DNA of 64,000 nt from contig CAOQRA010000002.1 in the NCBI GenBank assembly GCA_948512295.1, positions 25,877 through 89,876 of the forward strand, written 5' to 3'. Positions within the stretch are counted from its first letter, which is position 1. Each line of letters starts with the position of its first letter. This document shows positions 15,470 to 23,136 of the stretch, piece after piece. The DNA is from an uncultured Eubacteriales bacterium (lineage in GTDB: Bacteria; Bacillota; Clostridia; Christensenellales; UBA1242). The notes under the pieces were generated by a model, which saw only the letters and a program-made list of their open reading frames with translations, was not told where the DNA came from and searched no databases. The translations under genes and the position numbers were made by a program.

Positions 15470-17173
15470 ATGGGGGAATATCCTAAAACAAGAGTAGATT
15501 CAAGAGAAAGAGAAAAATTTGAACAACAATTAAAATCTGGTAAAATAAGAAAAACCGGAAAACAATATTCAGGCTATCGCAAAGATGATGGCTCTTTTGT
15601 CATGCATGATGAATATGAGATTGGTGGGCAAAAATATGTTCGTGTTTATACAAAGCGAGCAGAAGATGGAAACTACTATAACGATGGCACAAAGATGGCT
15701 GATTCTGGAACATGGGAATGGGTAAAAGTTGAACCTGTTGTTTGGCGTGTTAGAAACTGGGATGAACTACCAACTTCAATAAACCCAAAAGGAAATGGCA
15801 GGGCAAAATTTATTGATATTCGAAGCGAAGAAGCCATTATGAGCGGAATTCCATTCTATCCAGATTATGGAGATGATAGAGGTCGTGACACGATGTGGCA
15901 AAATAGTCCAATTCGTGCATTCTTTAATGGGTATGACCTACATAGAGAAATTGATCGTGGAAATGGAAATAAAAAATATAAAAACGAAGAAAGCTTTAAT
16001 TTTAGCGGAAAAGGATTGTTTTCTGAAATATTTGATGGGGCAGAATTATCTCAAACAGCACAAAATATTCAAGAACAAAATGAAGAATTTGAAGCCCCAA
16101 ATCCATATGGTTTCGTTTATGATGACCTAACAAACGATGAACTTTTGAAATTGTATATAAAATCAAATGCAAGCATCTTCTTGCATGGTCCTTCTGGTGT
16201 TGGTAAATCTGGACGAGTAAAACAAATTGATCCAACCGCAACAAGAATTACACTTCGTCCACAGATGAACCCAGAAGAAGTGGATGGAACTCTCGATAGA
16301 GAAACTGGACAATATATACCACCACTTTGGTATACACAACTATGTGAAAAATGTAAAGCAGAACCAGATAGAAAGCATGTATTGTTTATTGATGAGCTTA
16401 CAAATGTTAAACCAACAGTACAAAGTTTAATTTATTCAATAGTTTTAGATCGTGCAGGAAAAGACGGCTTGTGGCCACTTCCAGATAATGCTGTAGTAGT
16501 GGCGGCTGGAAACGAAAGTGCAGACAACCTAGCAGCTTATCCGCTGACAAATGCCTTGTTCAGAAGATTTAGTCATATTTATTATGAAGTAGATAAACAA
16601 TCATGGCTTGACTGGGCAACTGGAATAAGCAAAGTAACAAAGCAAGAACATGTAGAGCATGACAAAACTCCAAGAGCAAGAATTCATCCTGCAATAGTTG
16701 CGTTTGTAATGAGTAGAGATGACGGAATCTTGAACCAAGAACTTGACGAAGAAAACCCACACATCGTTACAGACCCTCGTAAATGGGAAATTGCAAGTCA
16801 GGTGTTATATTCAACAAAGAATCCAAAGGCTCTTGCGCCTGCAATCGGTGAAGAACTTACTGCAGACTTTACTGATTTTGTGCAAAATATTCAATTGTCA
16901 GTAGAAGATGTGGTTAAAGGAAGATATAACGAAAGAGATTTCGTAGAAATGGCAATAGACAGAAAGTTGTCAACCCTTCTTGGGCTAGTGACAGCGGACG
17001 AAAAGAACCTTGGCGTTGTTCGTGGATTTATACAAGAACACCTCGGAAAAGAGATTTTAGCAACTTACGATTCACTTTGGATAAGAAACGATCCAGAAAG
17101 AGCGCAAATAATTGCTGAAACACCAATTCAATTTTTAGATGAGGAGGCCATAAATGGAAAAGCTTTTGAATAA
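15470..17173 (+). CDS. MoxR-like AAA+ ATPase (AAA_5 type) with an N-terminal beta-rich module
   Basis: Walker A LHGPSGVGKS, Walker B HVLFIDELTN, sensor VVVAAGNE, NALFRRFSHI. No SD before ATG 15470, and the frame is open upstream to 15335. Confidence 0.8.
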   Translation: MGEYPKTRVDSREREKFEQQLKSGKIRKTGKQYSGYRKDDGSFVMHDEYEIGGQKYVRVYTKRAEDGNYYNDGTKMADSGTWEWVKVEPVVWRVRNWDELPTSINPKGNGRAKFIDIRSEEAIMSGIPFYPDYGDDRGRDTMWQNSPIRAFFNGYDLHREIDRGNGNKKYKNEESFNFSGKGLFSEIFDGAELSQTAQNIQEQNEEFEAPNPYGFVYDDLTNDELLKLYIKSNASIFLHGPSGVGKSGRVKQIDPTATRITLRPQMNPEEVDGTLDRETGQYIPPLWYTQLCEKCKAEPDRKHVLFIDELTNVKPTVQSLIYSIVLDRAGKDGLWPLPDNAVVVAAGNESADNLAAYPLTNALFRRFSHIYYEVDKQSWLDWATGISKVTKQEHVEHDKTPRARIHPAIVAFVMSRDDGILNQELDEENPHIVTDPRKWEIASQVLYSTKNPKALAPAIGEELTADFTDFVQNIQLSVEDVVKGRYNERDFVEMAIDRKLSTLLGLVTADEKNLGVVRGFIQEHLGKEILATYDSLWIRNDPERAQIIAETPIQFLDEEAINGKAFE

Positions 17174-17534
17174 AATAGAAAAATTGTCCGCAGTATCGCC
17201 AGTCCTCGTAACGGGGATAAAGAAGGAGTGTTTTAAAAATGCAGAGATTCTGCCAGCAAATATTGCTTCTAAAGATTTGGGCATTGTAAATACAAGCAAA
17301 GGACTAAAAGCACCTAAGTGGTTTGTGCGTGTTATGAAAGATGATATTAGCACCATAGTCATAGACGGAATTGACAGCATTGACACCGAGTCTCAAGAAA
17401 AATTTTATGAGTTATTAAAATATAAGACAATTTCAAGCATTGAGTTTTATAAAGAAATAAAAATAGTAGTTTTGTACGAAGATTTGAAAAAAGTATCTCC
17501 TAGCATATTAAGTCTTTGCCAAATCATGAAGTAG
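17154..17534 (+). CDS. Small protein with degenerate P-loop-like motifs
   Basis: AGGAGG RBS; overlaps the upstream stop by 20 nt. VLVTGIKKEC and TIVIDGIDSI...QEKFYELLK resemble decayed Walker A/B and lid elements. Confidence 0.55.
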   Translation: MEKLLNKIEKLSAVSPVLVTGIKKECFKNAEILPANIASKDLGIVNTSKGLKAPKWFVRVMKDDISTIVIDGIDSIDTESQEKFYELLKYKTISSIEFYKEIKIVVLYEDLKKVSPSILSLCQIMK

Positions 17535-17541
17535 GTGCGAA

Positions 17542-19047
17542 ATGGCAGAATTCGATCTTACAACAATAAAAAGAAAGATGCTTAGAAAATACCCAGCGTT
17601 TGGGTCTACTATTTCATCCGTAAAATATCAAATTGTCGGAAACAACCATCCGGTAAAAACTGCTGCAACAGATGGCAAAACTATTTATTGCAACGAAACA
17701 TACCTTGGAACATTATCAGAAGATCAGCAAGTGTTTGTCTTTGCACATGAAGTTTGTCATATTGCATTAAATCATATTATGCGTAGCGAAGGAAAAGATC
17801 CAGAACTTTGGAATATAGCCACAGATGCAGTTATTAATGAACATTTGCAAAAAGATGGCTTGCCAATGGTTGAGGGCGGTGTGGATATTAAAGGCGCACT
17901 CAAATACGATGCCGAAGAACTATACCAAAAATTGCTTGCAGAAAAGCAAAAACAACAAGCAGAGCAGAATCAGCAACAGCAAGGAAGTTCTGCTGAGCAA
18001 AAACAAGAGCAGCAAGGACAAAACGGACAACAGCAGAACCAACAACAAGGGCAAGGACAAGGTTCTGGTTCAAGCGAACAAGATAAGCAAGAATCTGGGC
18101 AAGATCAATCTCAGCAAAATAGCCAAGGTCAAGGACAAGGAAACTCTGAAGAAACTGGAGAGTCAAGTTCACAAGGTGCTGGTGGAAACGGCGAAGAACA
18201 AGAGAATCACGATGTTGGACATGACGCTCACTCTCTTTGGGAAGAAGCTATAAAAGAGGCAAAAGAAGAAAAAGAGAAGAAACAAGGAAAAGGCAAAGGA
18301 CAAGAAAAACAAGATGAGTCCCAAGATGAAGCCGAGCAAGAAGTAATTTCTGAAAAAGAAGCCTTTGAAAAGAATGATGAAGAAAAGATTAAGCGTGCCG
18401 AAGAAATTATGAGCAAACTATCTACAGGTCGTAGAGGTGTAGGTGGAAGTTCTCAAGAAGTTTATTTTGATGATATTGGAAAAGCTGGGAAGGCTGTGGT
18501 CAACTGGAAAAAACTTTTACAAAGAACTCTAGAATTTGAAGATGAAACATGGGGGCATAAATTCTCAGATAGATCCAACGGCTATGCCGCAAGAATTGAA
18601 GATGTGGAATATGACGAACAAGCAGAATCTGAAATAATTTTGGACACAAGCGGATCTGTCAGCGTTGGGCTATTAAAGAGTTTCTTAAGACAAGTAAAAA
18701 CAATACTGAAAAACTCTTGTATTAGAGTTGGTACTTTCTCAGATAGTTTCCATGGCTTTGTGGAGATAAAAAAAGAGTCCGATATTGACAATTTGAGAAT
18801 AAGAGTCGGTGGTGGAACAAACTTTGATGCCGCAAGTCGTGCATTTTCAAAACGCAAAGATGTGAATAGAATTTGCTTTACAGACGGACAAGATGGTGGC
18901 GATGCTGAGATAAGAGAAAAACGAAAAGACATAGTTTGGATTAGTTTTGAAAATCCAGATTTCAAGCCAGATGATGGAAAAGTTATCTTTGTTCCGGCTA
19001 GCCAAATTCAAGAATTCAAAGTTCAAGAAGAAGAAAGAGAATTATAA
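17542..19047 (+). CDS. Metallopeptidase-like (HExxH) plus vWA domain protein, DUF2201-type
   Basis: N-terminal FAHEVCHIALNH...ATDAVINE. ~130-aa Q/G/S/E low-complexity linker. C-terminal vWA with MIDAS ILDTSGSVS. Confidence 0.8.
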   Translation: MAEFDLTTIKRKMLRKYPAFGSTISSVKYQIVGNNHPVKTAATDGKTIYCNETYLGTLSEDQQVFVFAHEVCHIALNHIMRSEGKDPELWNIATDAVINEHLQKDGLPMVEGGVDIKGALKYDAEELYQKLLAEKQKQQAEQNQQQQGSSAEQKQEQQGQNGQQQNQQQGQGQGSGSSEQDKQESGQDQSQQNSQGQGQGNSEETGESSSQGAGGNGEEQENHDVGHDAHSLWEEAIKEAKEEKEKKQGKGKGQEKQDESQDEAEQEVISEKEAFEKNDEEKIKRAEEIMSKLSTGRRGVGGSSQEVYFDDIGKAGKAVVNWKKLLQRTLEFEDETWGHKFSDRSNGYAARIEDVEYDEQAESEIILDTSGSVSVGLLKSFLRQVKTILKNSCIRVGTFSDSFHGFVEIKKESDIDNLRIRVGGGTNFDAASRAFSKRKDVNRICFTDGQDGGDAEIREKRKDIVWISFENPDFKPDDGKVIFVPASQIQEFKVQEEEREL

Positions 19048-19052
19048 ATATT

Positions 19053-19082
19053 AAGACCTATGGTAGAACATAGGTCTTTTTT
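19053..19082 (+). terminator. Rho-independent terminator ending the DGR/ATPase/vWA operon
   Basis: AAGACCTATG-gtagaa-CATAGGTCTT followed by a T-run. Confidence 0.75.
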
Positions 19083-19126
19083 ATAACAAAAATTGGGAAC
19101 GCGCAAGGTGAAAATAATACATTGGT

Positions 19127-19154
19127 TTGAATTTAACACAATTTTAGGTATAAT
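19127..19154 (+). promoter_or_regulatory. Near-consensus sigma-A promoter
   Basis: TTGAAT (19127-19132), 16 nt, TATAAT (19149-19154). Confidence 0.6.
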
Positions 19155-19160
19155 AAAGGT

Positions 19161-19316
19161 ATATAAAACGCCAAAAATCCTAATTATTCGCACTTTGTTT
19201 GTTATTGGAGATTTTATATTAAACCACGATGACCAATAGAAGTCAAATGGAGTGATGTAAAAGATGAGTCTCTGATGATTCCAACTGTCTTCAAGTTGGG
19301 TTGTCAGAGATTTTTT
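19161..19316 (+). ncRNA. Candidate ~155-nt non-coding leader/sRNA ending in a terminator hairpin
   Basis: No ORF longer than 4 codons. Nested hairpin TCTCTGA..CCAACT-gtcttc-AAGTTGG..TCAGAGA (19269-19310) followed by T6. Confidence 0.3.
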
Positions 19317-19398
19317 CGTCATGATAAGACATAAGTTGCAAACCGACTGGACGAAAGGGTGTCTACTCGAAAAATTTATAATAAGGGGGTACAGTTAG

Positions 19399-19659
19399 AT
19401 GAATGAAAATCAAAGATACCAGATAAGAAGAACAACCGTGGATGCATACATTTTGTATTGCTTGATGGACGGTAAAATTCACAAACGAGAAGAGCTTGCG
19501 AGTAGAGCAGATATTTCCACAAGATCAGTTCAACGGAGTATTGAAAGGCTGGGCGTTTACTTTATTATACATACATTCCGTGGCGGTGAAACTAAAGGTG
19601 GAATTTATTTGGACGAGCGTTTCATTTACTCCGACAGAACAAAAGAGATAGAAAGATAA
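19399..19659 (+). CDS. Winged-helix DNA-binding protein (paralogue 1)
   Basis: DGKIHKREELASRADISTRSVQRSIERL ... FRGGETKGGIYLDE. GGGGG RBS. Confidence 0.7.
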   Translation: MNENQRYQIRRTTVDAYILYCLMDGKIHKREELASRADISTRSVQRSIERLGVYFIIHTFRGGETKGGIYLDERFIYSDRTKEIER

Positions 19660-19667
19660 AGAACAAA

Positions 19668-19697
19668 GGACGAAGAAAAAAGGCTTCGTCCTTTTTT
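19668..19697 (+). terminator. Rho-independent terminator
   Basis: GGACGAAG ... CTTCGTCC followed by T6. Confidence 0.7.
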
Positions 19698-19835
19698 AAT
19701 TGCCAAAATGACAAAATAAGACGCAATAAAACAAAATAAGCAACCGCCAGACCAGAGCGTTCGCAAGAACGCATGACGAACTGAACTGGCAAAATTGACT
19801 TATCAAAATCACAGAAAAGGGGGTGAGGGTAGCAG

Positions 19836-20198
19836 ATGGATTTGCGACGTGCAAGCATTACAGCAGACATACTGAATGTGCTGACTGACGGCAAAATTCA
19901 CAAGATGCGTGAAATCGCAGAAATCGTTGAAGTCAGCGAAACGACAGTACGCAATCACATAAGATCGTTGTCCTACCGCTACCCAATAGAAACTTTCCGT
20001 GGTGGCGAAAAAAAGGGCGGTGTTTATTTAGAAAAAGACTACATCATCAGTGGTCACATTTTCACCAAAGCCGAACTACAATTCGGTGCAAAGGTTTTTG
20101 CTTCACTAAGCAGAGCCGAACTGGATGAAGATGAACAAAAGGTTCTGGACACTTTTATTCGAATATTCGCAGCTCACACAGAAAAGGAGATTTTATGA
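19836..20198 (+). CDS. Winged-helix DNA-binding protein (paralogue 2)
   Basis: DGKIHKMREIAEIVEVSETTVRNHIRSL ... FRGGEKKGGVYLEKD, colinear with the 19399 ORF. Confidence 0.7.
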   Translation: MDLRRASITADILNVLTDGKIHKMREIAEIVEVSETTVRNHIRSLSYRYPIETFRGGEKKGGVYLEKDYIISGHIFTKAELQFGAKVFASLSRAELDEDEQKVLDTFIRIFAAHTEKEIL

Positions 20199-20377
20199 GA
20201 AAAACTAAAATCACTATCTGGCTTGAAGAAGGAAAGCCAACAAGAGTGAAGACAACCAAGAACGAAGAATTTTTTGTGGATGACCTCTCGCAGTTTTTTC
20301 AAAAAGCAAGCCAGTGCAAGGAGGCGAAGCATGTGGCTAGACAAAAAAAGAATTGCTCAGGTTGTAAAAGACAATGA
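20195..20377 (+). CDS. Small hypothetical protein
   Basis: 60-aa ORF whose start overlaps the upstream stop (ATGA). Confidence 0.4.
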   Translation: MRKTKITIWLEEGKPTRVKTTKNEEFFVDDLSQFFQKASQCKEAKHVARQKKNCSGCKRQ

Positions 20378-20576
20378 CATGACATACTCCGAAGTTGCAA
20401 TCGAACTCGGACTCACACTTGAAGAAACAATGAAAATTCTTGACGGCAAAAAGTCGGCGAATAGAAAGCAAGCAGAAACATTATTAAACCTCTTTGGAAT
20501 TTGGAACATCTGTTGGGCTATGAAAGACAATTGGAGGTGGATGCGATATGCAATCGAAGCAATCCTTGCCAATTAA
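20331..20576 (+). CDS. Small HTH-like protein
   Basis: AAGGAGG RBS before ATG 20331. MTYSEVAIELGLTLEETMKIL is helix-turn-helix-like. Confidence 0.5.
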   Translation: MWLDKKRIAQVVKDNDMTYSEVAIELGLTLEETMKILDGKKSANRKQAETLLNLFGIWNICWAMKDNWRWMRYAIEAILAN

Positions 20577-21993
20577 AGTCAAGCCATATAAGCACCAGCA
20601 AGATGCAGTAGAGTTTGCCACAAAAGTGTTAGGCTACAACGGCGAACCAGCCAAGAGCAAAAGCGTTGCAATGTTGGCGGAAATGGGAACTGGAAAAAGC
20701 CTTATAACAATAGCACTTGCTGGGCAACTCTGGAAAGAGAAAAAAATTCGCAGAATGCTGGTTGTCGCGCCACTCAGTATAACTGGGGTGTGGAAAGAAG
20801 AATTCGAAAAATTTGCGGATTATGAATTTCGGCTAACGGTGCTTGAAGGCACAACTGCTGAGAAAGTTCGCAAGTTGCAGTGTTTGGATGCAGCTCTTGA
20901 TGTACTCCAAGTTGCTGTCATTAACTATGAGTCAGCATGGCGAATGGAAGGTGAACTAGCGTTTTGGCGACCAAACTTGATAGTCTGTGATGAAAGCTCA
21001 AAGATTAAGAATCCAAATGCAAAGCAATCGAAAGCATTGCATAGGCTCGGAAGAGTCGCAAAACACAATGTCATTTTGACTGGAACACCAGTAACAAACA
21101 ATCCGCTCGATTTTTACAGCCAATACAAATTTTTAGATGAAAAGATTTTCGGTTCGTCATTCTATGTTTTCAGAGCAAAGTACGCAATACTTGGGGGATA
21201 CGGATGCCACCAAATTGTAGGTTATAAGAATTTGGACGAACTGACAAAGAAGGCACATGAGATAGCGTACAGAATCACAAAAGCAGAAGCACTTGACCTA
21301 CCGGAACAAGTGGACACAACAAGGTATATTCAACTGGAGTCCAGAGCAGAGGCGATATACCGCATGGTCGAAAAAGAGAGTGTTGCAGAACTCGAAAGCG
21401 GTGAAATCACAGCAACAAATGTCCTGACGAAACTGTTAAGACTAAGCCAAATCACTGGCGGTTTCCTGCGTAGTGATGCAGATGAAAAAGCAGAAGAAAT
21501 CAGCCACGCAAAAATGGACGTGCTTGAAGAAATCTTGGAAGAATGCCTTGACAGCGGAAAGAAGCTCGTGGTCTTCGCAAGGTTTATTCCGGAGATTGAT
21601 GCAATTGAGAAAATGCTGAAATCCAAGGGAGTGGGTTACGCACTTATAAAAGGCGAAGTCAAAGACAGAGCGGAGCAAGTTGAAAAATTCCAAAAATATC
21701 CACGCATTAAAGTCTTCATTGGACAACTTCAAACAACTGGAATGGGATTGACATTGACCGCCGCCGATACAGCCGTGTTTTATTCGCTGTCGTACAACTT
21801 TGCAGATTACGAACAAGCCAAAGCAAGAATCCACCGCATTGGGCAAAAGAACAACTGCACCTATATCCACCTCATTGCCAAAGGAACAATTGACGAAAGG
21901 GTTATGGATGCACTGAAAAACAAAAAGAACATTGCCGACCTTGTTGTCGACAACTGGAAGTCGCTGTTTAAAAAAGGAGCAAAGTATGAATGA
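20548..21993 (+). CDS. SNF2-family DEAD/H helicase
   Basis: Walker A MGTGKS, DExx box VCDESSKIKN, LTGTPVTNN, and helicase-C motifs (QLQTTGMGLTLT, QAKARIHRIGQ). Confidence 0.9.
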   Translation: MQSKQSLPIKVKPYKHQQDAVEFATKVLGYNGEPAKSKSVAMLAEMGTGKSLITIALAGQLWKEKKIRRMLVVAPLSITGVWKEEFEKFADYEFRLTVLEGTTAEKVRKLQCLDAALDVLQVAVINYESAWRMEGELAFWRPNLIVCDESSKIKNPNAKQSKALHRLGRVAKHNVILTGTPVTNNPLDFYSQYKFLDEKIFGSSFYVFRAKYAILGGYGCHQIVGYKNLDELTKKAHEIAYRITKAEALDLPEQVDTTRYIQLESRAEAIYRMVEKESVAELESGEITATNVLTKLLRLSQITGGFLRSDADEKAEEISHAKMDVLEEILEECLDSGKKLVVFARFIPEIDAIEKMLKSKGVGYALIKGEVKDRAEQVEKFQKYPRIKVFIGQLQTTGMGLTLTAADTAVFYSLSYNFADYEQAKARIHRIGQKNNCTYIHLIAKGTIDERVMDALKNKKNIADLVVDNWKSLFKKGAKYE

Positions 21994-22387
21994 AAAAGTG
22001 ATTTTTGAAATCTCAGACACTTACCTTGAAGCAAGGAAAAACAAAGATGAGTGCGAGCAAAGACTGAAAGATGCAAACGCAGTCTTGGAAGATGCAGAAA
22101 AGAAACTCATTGAAGCAATGACAAATGATGAATTAGACAGTTTCAAAAGAAACGGTGTGCAGATCAGCCTTGTGAACCGAAACTTCATTTCAGCGGAAGC
22201 GGAACGCAAAGACGAACTTTGGGCAGAGATGAAAAAGCAGGGCTATGAACATTTGTTCTCAATCAATGCCAACACCTTGAATGGAGAGGTGCGTAGGCTC
22301 ATTGAAGAGAATGATGGCAAACTTCCAACATGGCTGGAAGGCTTGATTAAACAATACGAAAAACCATCAATTAGAATCAAAAAATAA
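21986..22387 (+). CDS. Hypothetical phage replication-module protein (coiled coil)
   Basis: AAGGAG RBS; ATG overlaps the SNF2 stop. Confidence 0.6.
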   Translation: MNEKVIFEISDTYLEARKNKDECEQRLKDANAVLEDAEKKLIEAMTNDELDSFKRNGVQISLVNRNFISAEAERKDELWAEMKKQGYEHLFSINANTLNGEVRRLIEENDGKLPTWLEGLIKQYEKPSIRIKK

Positions 22388-22402
22388 AGGGAGCATAAAT
22401 CA

Positions 22403-23107
22403 ATGGAAAATAACAAAAACGAAGTTGCAGTTGTCAACGAAAATGCATTTGCAGTAAGCACAGACCTCAGCGCAAGCCTTGGCGAAGAAATGGCTGGACT
22501 GAGTCTCACATTTGACAGAATCAAAGTGCCATCTGGTGGCGGAATTGCCTATGAAGTGCCAAGCGACAATCCGGACGAACCGGACCTCAAAAAAGAAATC
22601 AAGGCGGTGATTTTATATCATCATCCAGTTTGTTCGTACTACAAAGAAAAATACAACGGAAGCAACGACAGTCCGGACTGCTCATCATTTGATGGCATCT
22701 GCGGAATTGACAAAGAAACCGGCGAAATCAAATCATGCAAAGAATGTGAATTCAACAAGTTTGGAAGCGGAGAGAATGGGGGAAAGGCGTGCAAGACAAA
22801 ACGCAGAATTTTCTTATTGCTCGAAAACAGTGCAATCCCAGTCATTTTCAATTTACCAACAACAAGCCTTGGAGATTTTTCAAAGTATATCATGAGAATT
22901 GTCGGCAAGGGCAAAAAGTCATATCAAGTTGTGACGAAATTCACTTTGAAGAAAGAGCAAAATGCTGGCGGAATCACATACAGCAAAGTTGTGATAAACA
23001 TTGACAGAGAACTCACAGACGAAGAATTGGCATCAATCAAACCATTGACTGAACAAGTCAAGGCTATTGCACAAACAATGAAACAAGTGGAGAGCAGTGA
23101 CGAATAA
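22403..23107 (+). CDS. Hypothetical Cys-rich phage protein
   Basis: GGGAG RBS, 234 aa. CxxC-type cluster (CKECEFNKFG...GKACK). Confidence 0.6.
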   Translation: MENNKNEVAVVNENAFAVSTDLSASLGEEMAGLSLTFDRIKVPSGGGIAYEVPSDNPDEPDLKKEIKAVILYHHPVCSYYKEKYNGSNDSPDCSSFDGICGIDKETGEIKSCKECEFNKFGSGENGGKACKTKRRIFLLLENSAIPVIFNLPTTSLGDFSKYIMRIVGKGKKSYQVVTKFTLKKEQNAGGITYSKVVINIDRELTDEELASIKPLTEQVKAIAQTMKQVESSDE

Positions 23108-23136
23108 ACATTGCTCCAAAATGAAAGGAGCATAAA

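Noticed and set aside
17825-18253. 142-aa alternative-frame ORF and antisense ORFs inside the vWA gene
   Set aside because: They lie in the Q/G/S/E low-complexity linker, where all frames stay open. The main frame has the conserved HExxH and vWA domains.
19023-19322. 99-aa minus-strand ORF in the 19.0-19.3 kb gap
   Set aside because: It overlaps the 3' end of the vWA gene, a terminator and a + strand promoter. It has no RBS and an AT-rich codon pattern typical of a chance ORF.
21442-22020. 192-aa minus-strand ORF inside the SNF2 helicase gene
   Set aside because: It is antisense to a gene with complete helicase motifs. It has no RBS and no recognisable domains.
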